From the IMG/VR virus record IMGVR_UViG_3300028830_000010: DNA of 40,614 nucleotides; one strand, 5' to 3'. This document shows positions 15,916 through 22,827 of this stretch, piece after piece. Within the stretch, counting starts at the first letter, position 1; each line of letters starts with the position of its first letter. A program made the translations under genes and the position numbers. The notes under the pieces are model-generated. The model ran no database searches. It worked only from the letters and a program-made list of their open reading frames with translations, and was not told the DNA's origin. The stretch is from a virus.

Positions 15916-15931
15916 CGTGTTAGCGGGCATT
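15854..15931 (+). repeat. attC-like structured repeat E11
   Basis: CGCCGAAC, AACCGG-CGCTTCGCC / GGCGAAGCG-T-CCGGTT-G-ACT, then GACGT-GTTAGCGGGCATT. Confidence 0.8.
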
Positions 15932-15946
15932 TTTACGGGAGGCGAT

Positions 15947-16219
15947 ATGAGTGAAACCTACACCCCGGCGAACGGAACCGAAGGCGTTGCATTCTTCGAT
16001 TGCTGGTGCCGGCGCTGCTCCAGGGACAAGGCCATGCGCGAAGGGGCCGACTTCGACGAGTGTGACGACAACGAACTGTGCGAGATCATCGCGGCCAGCT
16101 TCCGCGGGCCGGTGAAGGAATGGATCGAGGACGATTCCGGCCCGCGCTGCACGGCGTTTGTGGAAGCCGGCAACATCGTGCCCGAAGTTGATACGCTGAC
16201 AGGGGACTTGTTCGCATGA
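15947..16219 (+). CDS. Hypothetical Cys-rich protein (90 aa)
   Basis: ATG 15947 follows GGGAGG. Confidence 0.5.
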   Translation: MSETYTPANGTEGVAFFDCWCRRCSRDKAMREGADFDECDDNELCEIIAASFRGPVKEWIEDDSGPRCTAFVEAGNIVPEVDTLTGDLFA

Positions 16220-16953
16220 CGCCGCTTGTCAAAGAGATGGTGTCGCTTGACCCGGAAGTGGCGCTGTCGTGCATCTGGTTCGACCTGGGCACGCTGCCGC
16301 GCTACACGTTCGCATGGAGCGAACTGCCGGGGAACCGTCTGCCATTCGAGAAGTGCGCAATCGTCGGGCGTGACAGCAAGGGCGACAAGTTCTTGGTGTG
16401 GGCTGCGCAGGGCGACGAATCGACGATCCTGCTGTTTGCCTGCGCGATGATGCCCGACCATTGGACGCGGACGCCTGTCTTTGCCGTTGTGATGGCCGAA
16501 GGCGGTTGCCGCATCGGCGACGTGGAAGGCGAAGAAGAAATCACAAAGGACCAGGCCGCGCCGATAGTTGGCGTGTTGGCCGAGTTCCTGAAAGCGGCGA
16601 ACCCGCCCGGCTACCGTGCGACGGAGAAGGCCAACAGCATCACGAACAAGCGCCGCACCGCGAAAGGCAAAGCACCGTTGATCTACGACTGGCATACGGT
16701 CGTTATTGAGCCAGCGAAGCCGAGCGGCGAATGCCTGGGCGGGACGCATGCCAGCCCGAGGCAGCACGAGCGGCGCGGGCACTGGCGGACATGCGCGAAC
16801 GGTAAGCGCGTTTGGGTGCGGAACTGCACGGTGGGCGACGCTTCGCGGGGCACGGTTTTCAAGGACTACAAAGTCGACGACGGCGGGACGGCAATGCCCG
16901 CTAACGCAAAAGTAACCGGCGTGCCGGCATTACCGGCACGTCCGGTTGACTGA
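16216..16953 (+). CDS. Hypothetical protein (245 aa)
   Basis: ATGA-coupled. The C-terminus ...ANAKVTGVPALPARPVD runs through repeat E12. Confidence 0.55.
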   Translation: MTPLVKEMVSLDPEVALSCIWFDLGTLPRYTFAWSELPGNRLPFEKCAIVGRDSKGDKFLVWAAQGDESTILLFACAMMPDHWTRTPVFAVVMAEGGCRIGDVEGEEEITKDQAAPIVGVLAEFLKAANPPGYRATEKANSITNKRRTAKGKAPLIYDWHTVVIEPAKPSGECLGGTHASPRQHERRGHWRTCANGKRVWVRNCTVGDASRGTVFKDYKVDDGGTAMPANAKVTGVPALPARPVD

Positions 16954-16968
16954 CGGGTTAGAGGGCAA
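16893..16968 (+). repeat. attC-like structured repeat E12
   Basis: AATGCCCGCTAAC, AGT-AACCGG-CGTGCCGG / CCGGCACG-T-CCGGTT-G-ACT, then GACGG-GTTAGAGGGCAA. Confidence 0.8.
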
Positions 16969-16977
16969 CTGCACAAC

Positions 16978-17562
16978 ATGGGAAAGTACCAAATTATCTA
17001 CGCCGACCCGCCTTGGGCTTACCAAGGGAATGCGACCGACCAGAAGAACAACAGGGGCGGGGCAGCGGCGCATTACGATGTGATGACCGTGGAAGATATT
17101 GCAGCATTGCCAGTGCGCGAGGTTGCAGCAGACGACAGCCTGCTTTTTATGTGGGGCGCGTGGCCGAAACTGTTTGAAGCGAAGACCGTGATGGACGGTT
17201 GGGGGTTTGAATTTAAGACTTGCGCCTTTGTGTGGGTGAAAACGAACAAGCGCACGAACCCCGACCAAGCCAGCTTTTTCCCTGTTGATAGCTTCGACAG
17301 CTTTTGGGGGATGGGGCGATGGACAAGGGCGAACACGGAATTTTGCCTTTTGGGTACGAGGGGGAAGCCGAAACGGGAAAGCGCGGGGGTGCACCAGATC
17401 ATTTACGCACCGATAGCAGAGCACTCGCGCAAGCCGGACGAAACGCGGGACAGGATTTTGGCCCTAGCTGGTGACGTGCCAAGGGTGGAACTTTTCGCCC
17501 GACGCACGGCACCAGGTTGGGATTTGTGGGGGAACGAGGTGGAGTGTGACCTTGCCCTCTAA
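16978..17562 (+). CDS. MT-A70-family DNA N6-adenine methyltransferase
   Basis: IIYADPPW catalytic motif. 194 aa. Confidence 0.85.
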   Translation: MGKYQIIYADPPWAYQGNATDQKNNRGGAAAHYDVMTVEDIAALPVREVAADDSLLFMWGAWPKLFEAKTVMDGWGFEFKTCAFVWVKTNKRTNPDQASFFPVDSFDSFWGMGRWTRANTEFCLLGTRGKPKRESAGVHQIIYAPIAEHSRKPDETRDRILALAGDVPRVELFARRTAPGWDLWGNEVECDLAL

Positions 17563-17563
17563 C
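17552..17563 (+). repeat. Terminal YAAC half-site of the right cassette array (TTGCCCTCTAAC)
   Basis: Perfect 12-bp reverse complement of 16957-16968. Contains the TAA stop of the MT-A70 gene. Confidence 0.75.
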
Positions 17564-17605
17564 GTGAAATAGGGAGCCTAAAATTCCAGACAAATGGCGC
17601 TCAGT

Positions 17606-17657
17606 AAACGCTAATATACGTTTAGAATCAAAGCCAATCCGAGACGCTAATCTGATA
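17606..17657. repeat. Inverted repeat A' (right copy)
   Basis: 50/52 reverse complement of 7529-7580. Followed within a few nt by an ATG, as on the left side. Confidence 0.9.
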
Positions 17658-17673
17658 TTAAATGGGGGCTTGA

Positions 17674-17760
17674 ATGAAGAAATGGCGCTGTCCAAAATGC
17701 GGACACGAAAACGAGCTAGTCTACTATCGTTGCTGGTGGTGCGGCCATGAAGTCGCGTAA
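17674..17760 (+). CDS. Zinc-ribbon miniprotein (28 aa, MKKWRCPKCGHENELVYYRCWWCGHEVA)
   Basis: Hand-translated. Two CxxC pairs. Overlaps the start of the next gene. Confidence 0.3.
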   Translation: MKKWRCPKCGHENELVYYRCWWCGHEVA

Positions 17761-18250
17761 GAAGTCACTCCGAGACACGCTGCGTGAGAATCAGCGCGCA
17801 CTGGATCATTACGCGCTGCTGTATAACAAGCCGCTGACGCAGCACATAGCCGTCAAGCCGAAAAGGGAAATCGTGAATCATACAGACGCATCCGAACTTG
17901 AGGCATCCGTTATCAGCGAGGTATCATCGCTGCTTGCCAATCATCCAGCTGTGCTGTTCGCCGTCCGCCAGAATTCCGGTGCGGCGTTTCTCAAGGGCCG
18001 AGATGGCAAGGACATGCCGGTATGGTTCTACAAGTGCATCACGTCGCCGGAGAAGATGCGTATCAGCGACTTTTGGTGCATCCTGCGCGATGGTCGTATG
18101 GCTGCGTTTGAGTGCAAGCGCCGTAGCTGGACAAAGCCAACGGATCAGCGCGAATTCGAGCAATTGGCATTCTTGACGATGGTTGCGAACAGCGGAGGCA
18201 TAGGCCGCTTTGTTACCTGTGCGGAGGATGTTTTGGAGGCATTGGCATGA
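17747..18250 (+). CDS. VRR-NUC domain nuclease
   Basis: ...AAFECKRRSWTKPTDQREFEQLAFLTMVANSGGIGRFV fits the PD-(D/E)xK VRR-NUC pattern. Confidence 0.65.
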   Translation: MKSRKKSLRDTLRENQRALDHYALLYNKPLTQHIAVKPKREIVNHTDASELEASVISEVSSLLANHPAVLFAVRQNSGAAFLKGRDGKDMPVWFYKCITSPEKMRISDFWCILRDGRMAAFECKRRSWTKPTDQREFEQLAFLTMVANSGGIGRFVTCAEDVLEALA

Positions 18251-18441
18251 CAACCGGAATGGAATTGCTAATTAAGAGTGGGGCGACCATTGAAGATATG
18301 ATTGAAGATGCCAAAAAAGAAGGTGCGAACGAACTTCGCAAGACATTCAATTACTGCCCGCGTTGTGGCAAGCCTATGCCACATGAGCATAACTTTGTGC
18401 ATACTTGCACTCCGCCAAATTGGAATAGAAGCGGGTATTAA
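18247..18441 (+). CDS. Hypothetical protein (64 aa) with CxxC...HxC
   Basis: ATGA-coupled ORF. Confidence 0.45.
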   Translation: MTTGMELLIKSGATIEDMIEDAKKEGANELRKTFNYCPRCGKPMPHEHNFVHTCTPPNWNRSGY

Positions 18442-18497
18442 GGTTGTCAATCCAGCGCAGAAAGTTGTCAATCCATAACTGAAAGGTTGTCAATGAA
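18441..18497 (+). repeat. Three direct repeats RGTTGTCAAT at 21-22 bp spacing
   Basis: AGGTTGTCAATCCA (18441), AAGTTGTCAATCCA (18462) and AGGTTGTCAATGAA (18484). The last copy overlaps ATG 18493. Confidence 0.7.
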
Positions 18498-18732
18498 CCA
18501 CAACGATCTGAACCAATGCCGCCTTGACGTTGAGCGGTTGCGGAAGGCGGCGGACAGGATGGTTGAATTGAAAGCCGAGAGGGACTTGGCTATATCCCAT
18601 CTGCGCTTCACGCTGCGCGAAATGCAGCGCATTGCAGACTGGCTGAAGCCGAATCAGGTAGGCATCGAAAACGATGGAATCCGCGCAAGAGCGCTCGACA
18701 CTTTACGCATGATGAAAGGGTGGATGAAATAA
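18493..18732 (+). CDS. Hypothetical protein (79 aa)
   Basis: The track ORF begins at TTG 18487. First ATG is at 18493. Confidence 0.45.
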   Translation: MNHNDLNQCRLDVERLRKAADRMVELKAERDLAISHLRFTLREMQRIADWLKPNQVGIENDGIRARALDTLRMMKGWMK

Positions 18733-19016
18733 TGGCAAAGAAAGTATTCGACGCGGTGGCCACAGTAGGCAAATACACCGACAAGCAAGGCAACGAGAAG
18801 AAGCGTTACACGAACGTCGGCGCGGTATTCGAGGACGACCAAGGGCGGCTCAGTATCAAGCTGGAGACTATCCCCGTCGGGCCGGAGTGGTCTGGCTGGA
18901 TAAGTCTATACCCGCCAAAGGAACGCGACGCAGCGCCAGTAACCGAGCATAGCGCGGCGAAGGCTAATGCGTATCAGAAGCAGCCGATTGATGTGGACGA
19001 AGATATTCCATTTTGA
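18732..19016 (+). CDS. SSB-like protein with acidic C-terminal tail (DVDEDIPF)
   Basis: The C-terminal D-E-D-I-P-F resembles the partner-binding tip of bacterial SSBs. TAATG junction with the previous gene. The fold cannot be verified from sequence. Confidence 0.45.
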   Translation: MAKKVFDAVATVGKYTDKQGNEKKRYTNVGAVFEDDQGRLSIKLETIPVGPEWSGWISLYPPKERDAAPVTEHSAAKANAYQKQPIDVDEDIPF

Positions 19017-19028
19017 TGTATGTGGTTT

Positions 19029-19053
19029 AACTAGAAGTAGACACCCTATTTGA
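19029..19053. repeat. Inverted repeat B' (right copy)
   Basis: AACTAGAAGTAGACACCCTATTTGA is the exact reverse complement of 7601-7625. Confidence 0.9.
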
Positions 19054-19132
19054 CGCAATACAAACCGTCACCAGCGCACCATCTGACTGTTTTGCAACAA
19101 TAATGGCAAACTAAAATTCCGGCAAAAGCATC

Positions 19133-20815
19133 TTGCTCACGATAAAAATACTTGATGTCTCTGACCAGCCGCTTAATTGGGATGCGGCTGATGCGCTTGC
19201 CGATGGCTGGACTACTGAGCAGGCATTGCAATGGGCGAAGGAACATGCCAAGATTCTCACTTCCCGCGACATAGAAAAAGCCCGGCTTGAGGAGGAAAAG
19301 CGTCTCATGGAGGAAAAAAAAACTCCGCAGGAAAATACGCCAGACTCCGCGCCGCAGCTAACCGTCGCGTCTGAGCAGAAGCCAGTAATAGTGTCAGTCA
19401 CATCCGAGCCGCAAGGCAACGTCATTCCAATGCGTGCTGTTGAAGTGCGCGAATGGATGCCGCCCGAGTTCAGCGAAGTCGACTTGGCGCTGGCATGGAG
19501 TGCGGATAATCCAGACTGGCGCTATGTCAATGAGTGGAACAAGTGGTATCAGTGGGATGGCTCACGATGGGCCGAGGACAAGAAGAACAGCGTAGTTAAT
19601 ATTGCACAGCGCAAGATGGTAGAAGCAGCAAATTGGGCTTCAGCACAAAATTTAAGTGTAAGTCAGAAGCGTGCGATATGTAGCAAGAAAACAATCAGAA
19701 GCGTAATTGATCTGGCAGGAAGTATACCAAAGCACTCAACCTGCGCCGCAGAGTGGGACAACGATCCGTGGATTCTCGGCACACCTGACGGGGTGATTGA
19801 TCTCAAGACTGGCGTTATGAGACCAGCAACGAGGGATGACGCTATCACCAAGCTTACGAAAGTATCTCCGCAACCAGGCCAGATGCCGACATGGGAAAGC
19901 GTATTGGATCGCTGCACCAATGGCGACGAGGAAATGCGGCGCTACTACCAGAAATGGGCAGGATACACGGCAACAGGATCAACCAAGGAAGAAGCCCTGT
20001 TATTCATCTTCGGGCCGCAGCAATCAGGCAAGTCGAAGTTCATTCACGCAATAGCAGACATTCTCGGGGATTACCGCGCAGAGGCCAGCGTTGAAACATT
20101 CATGGAATCCAAGATGCAGCGCCATCCTGAAGAAGTAGCTGCTATGGCTGGTGCGAGGATGATAACCTGTACCGAGCCGACAGCCGGAATGCGCTGGAAT
20201 GAGGGGCTAGTCAAGAAGATAACTGGCCGTGAGCGCATGACGGCAAGCCGTAAGTACGAACACCAGTTCGAGTTCGACATGACCGGCAAAATATGGATAA
20301 GCGGCAACGACAAGCCGCACCTGACTAACGCTGACGGCATGGAGCGACGACTGCACATAGCCGAGTTTCCGGAGTCGATACCCGATTCCGAGGTATTGGA
20401 AGATTTGCCGGAAATTCTGGAGAAGGAATATCCGGCTATTCTGGCATGGATCATCGAAGGGTGCTTGCTGTGGCAGCAGGAAGGCTTGAAGCGGCCGACC
20501 AAGGTGAGCGAGGCGGTCAAGGACTATATAGACACGCAGGACATACTAGGGGACTTCTTGGCTGAACGGACAGAGAAGTCGGATTCGGATCGAATCAAAC
20601 AGGCAGAGCTTTACAAATATTACGCCGAGTACGTTAAGTCTGTCGGGCATGGCGCTGTTGGCAATGCGCGGCTTGGGCCAGAATTGAAGAAGCGCGGATA
20701 CAAGCAGGGCAAGTCTAGCGGAGTGCGCTATGTGTATGGCGTCAGAATGCGGACTAGCTTCGATCCTGAACCGCAACAAACTTCCTACATGGACAAGTAC
20801 GATGACAAGTGGTGA
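19133..20815 (+). CDS. P4/D5-family primase-associated helicase
   Basis: Walker A (FGPQQSGKSKF) and P4-family primase C-terminal/D5-like region. The N-terminal 30 aa (KILDVSDQPLNWDAADALADGWT) look like the end of a Toprim domain. The track start is TTG. Confidence 0.8.
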   Translation: MLTIKILDVSDQPLNWDAADALADGWTTEQALQWAKEHAKILTSRDIEKARLEEEKRLMEEKKTPQENTPDSAPQLTVASEQKPVIVSVTSEPQGNVIPMRAVEVREWMPPEFSEVDLALAWSADNPDWRYVNEWNKWYQWDGSRWAEDKKNSVVNIAQRKMVEAANWASAQNLSVSQKRAICSKKTIRSVIDLAGSIPKHSTCAAEWDNDPWILGTPDGVIDLKTGVMRPATRDDAITKLTKVSPQPGQMPTWESVLDRCTNGDEEMRRYYQKWAGYTATGSTKEEALLFIFGPQQSGKSKFIHAIADILGDYRAEASVETFMESKMQRHPEEVAAMAGARMITCTEPTAGMRWNEGLVKKITGRERMTASRKYEHQFEFDMTGKIWISGNDKPHLTNADGMERRLHIAEFPESIPDSEVLEDLPEILEKEYPAILAWIIEGCLLWQQEGLKRPTKVSEAVKDYIDTQDILGDFLAERTEKSDSDRIKQAELYKYYAEYVKSVGHGAVGNARLGPELKKRGYKQGKSSGVRYVYGVRMRTSFDPEPQQTSYMDKYDDKW

Positions 20816-21620
20816 TCCTGTAACCCAAGCCCGCGCCGCCGATCTCCCGGCAATCTTAACTAGCTACGGCGTTAAGTTAAAGAAAACCGGCCAAGCTTAC
20901 TTAGCGTGCTGCATATTCCACGACGACAAGAATCCGTCAATGTCCGTCTATGAGCAAGGCGTGTGGCGCTGTCATTGCCATAGCTGCGGCGCTAATGAGG
21001 ACTCCATTGGCGTGATCCAGCATCTAGACGGGTGCGACTTCAAGACAGCCGTCAATCGGCTTACCGCAAACGGCTTCGAGCGCAAGGATGACCGCATCAC
21101 GCCTGAGAAGCCCGTCAAAGCGGCCAAGTGGAAACACACTAAGCCGCCCAAAGACTCAATGCCGAACATGGAGCTAAAAGACCTCGGCAAGCCTAGCCGC
21201 GTCTGGTGCTACCGCGATCTGGACGGAGAACCGCTAGGATACGTTGCCAGATACGAGACAGCGGAAGGCAAGACGATCCGGCCTTGGACATACGGCAGCA
21301 TGAGCGCCAACATCAAGCCGAAGTGGGAATCGAAGCAGTTCAGCTATCCGCGCCCGCTGTACGGCATGGAAAAGTTGGCTGAAATGCCGGATTCACAGAT
21401 TTTATTGGTTGAGGGGGAAAAAGCTTGCGACGCGGCTCAGGAGCTTTACCCGATGCTGTGCTGCATGACGTGGCCCGGCGGCTCAAATTCGGTCAAGCTG
21501 GCCGACTGGCGCGTGCTGAAGGGGCGCGAGAACGTGGTGCTATGGCCCGACAATGATCCGGCTGGAGAGCGTGCCATGCTTGACGTTGGCGGGTATCTGT
21601 TCGGGGTGGATGCTGAATGA
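20802..21620 (+). CDS. DNA primase, CHC2 zinc finger plus Toprim (apparently lacking the Toprim C-terminal end)
   Basis: CCIFHDDKNPSMS...CHCHSCG zinc finger, Toprim LVEGEKA...WPDNDPAGERA. ATG 20802 overlaps the helicase stop by 14 nt. Confidence 0.8.
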   Translation: MTSGDPVTQARAADLPAILTSYGVKLKKTGQAYLACCIFHDDKNPSMSVYEQGVWRCHCHSCGANEDSIGVIQHLDGCDFKTAVNRLTANGFERKDDRITPEKPVKAAKWKHTKPPKDSMPNMELKDLGKPSRVWCYRDLDGEPLGYVARYETAEGKTIRPWTYGSMSANIKPKWESKQFSYPRPLYGMEKLAEMPDSQILLVEGEKACDAAQELYPMLCCMTWPGGSNSVKLADWRVLKGRENVVLWPDNDPAGERAMLDVGGYLFGVDAE

Positions 21621-21746
21621 TCCTCTGCGGCCCGCAATTCATGATCGGCGCGTTCGTCCTTACTGGCGTGATCTGGCCGGAAGGGTGCCACATTGGATTC
21701 GATGGCGACAAGCTGCAATGCTTCAGCGAGGCCGAAGTTAGGCAGG

Positions 21747-22073
21747 CTACCTTAGTCCTTTTGCCGCCTTGTGAGCGGCAACCATTGCGTCAATCTGAGC
21801 AGCCGAAAGCCCTCTCGCACGCAACATCCCCCGCAACTGAGCTTCCTGATCTGGCGGCATTACAGTTGTTCCTACTTGCCCCTTGAAAGTATGGCCCTGC
21901 GGCTCTGCGGGCGGTTGCTCGGCAGGCCCGAATAGCTTCTGGTCAATGTAATGCTTCTGCATCCCTGCTGGAATGCTGTTCTGAGCCAATAGCATCTGCT
22001 CGGCAACGCGCTGGCGTGGCTCGGGGGTGTATCCGCCCTGCCGCTGGTACATCAAGTCCGATAGCATTCCCAT
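21747..22073 (-). CDS. Hypothetical protein (108 aa), last gene of the late operon
   Basis: ORF directly after the endolysin. No transmembrane segment or lipobox, so not an obvious spanin. Confidence 0.45.
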   Translation of the reverse strand: MGMLSDLMYQRQGGYTPEPRQRVAEQMLLAQNSIPAGMQKHYIDQKLFGPAEQPPAEPQGHTFKGQVGTTVMPPDQEAQLRGMLRARGLSAAQIDAMVAAHKAAKGLR

Positions 22074-22074
22074 G

Positions 22075-22599
22075 TCACTCTCCTATCACTTCCAAAGCCC
22101 GCTGATAGTATTTCTGCCGCTCATGCCAGCCGTTCGTACCGCCATTGATCCGTTTCGTTATCCGCAAGAAATCCTGCTTGTCCGCTAGGTCGTTTAAACC
22201 GCGTGAGTGCCAGAACCATGCTGCGCTGCGACAAGCGTTAATTGGCTCCTCCAGCAACTCAGGGCAACCTACCAAGTCAAGCTCCAGCGCCTCACCGCAC
22301 TCTTCGTAATTGTGCCGTCCTGTAAGCTGTATAAGCCCCCGGCCCTTGTACCTGATGCCATCGCCTGTGTAGAGGTTCCCGAGGTCATCACGGCCCTCGT
22401 AGGCGCTTCCTGAGGCCAATTCCTCAACGTACCGTAGCTCCCCTGACTCATGGGCGATCTGAGCAAGGAAAGCCGCTTCCCGCAGCCCGTTCTCGCTGAT
22501 ATCAAATTCCTTCATGGCGGCATTAAGCGGATCAATGAACCTGTCCGCACGTTGCTTGGCGTAAGGCATGATGCGGACAAGTTGGTTGAACGAGATCAT
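22075..22599 (-). CDS. Endolysin, glycoside hydrolase family 19-like
   Basis: FLAQIAHESGELRY...YKGRGLIQLTGRHNY matches the GH19 phage lysin signature. Start at ATG 22599 (MISFNQL), ATGA-coupled to the upstream ORF. Confidence 0.85.
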   Translation of the reverse strand: MISFNQLVRIMPYAKQRADRFIDPLNAAMKEFDISENGLREAAFLAQIAHESGELRYVEELASGSAYEGRDDLGNLYTGDGIRYKGRGLIQLTGRHNYEECGEALELDLVGCPELLEEPINACRSAAWFWHSRGLNDLADKQDFLRITKRINGGTNGWHERQKYYQRALEVIGE

Positions 22600-22817
22600 A
22601 TCTTCAAATGCCCTGACCCGTTCAGCCAAGCAGCCACCGCGAGAGCAGCCGCCCCAACCAGCCATAGAATCTTGCTAACGACCGACTTCCCGATCTGCGT
22701 GTATACGCGCTCAAGAGCAACTTCAGCGGCACGTTCCGCAATTCGTTCAATCTGGTCATCCGAAAGTTGCGGGATGGTTCGTCTTTCTTCTCCGTTGTAG
22801 CCGTCTGAGCCATTCAT
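22596..22817 (-). CDS. Holin-like membrane protein (73 aa, one C-terminal transmembrane segment)
   Basis: Hydrophobic ILWLVGAAALAVAAWL segment. Sits immediately upstream of the endolysin. Confidence 0.45.
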   Translation of the reverse strand: MNGSDGYNGEERRTIPQLSDDQIERIAERAAEVALERVYTQIGKSVVSKILWLVGAAALAVAAWLNGSGHLKI

Positions 22818-22827
22818 TATTCACTCC

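Noticed and set aside
21617-21886. ORF 21617-21886 (+), downstream of the primase
   Set aside because: Most of it is antisense to the well-supported minus-strand gene 21747-22073. Only its first ~40 codons are of interest, as a possible decayed Toprim tail (see findings).
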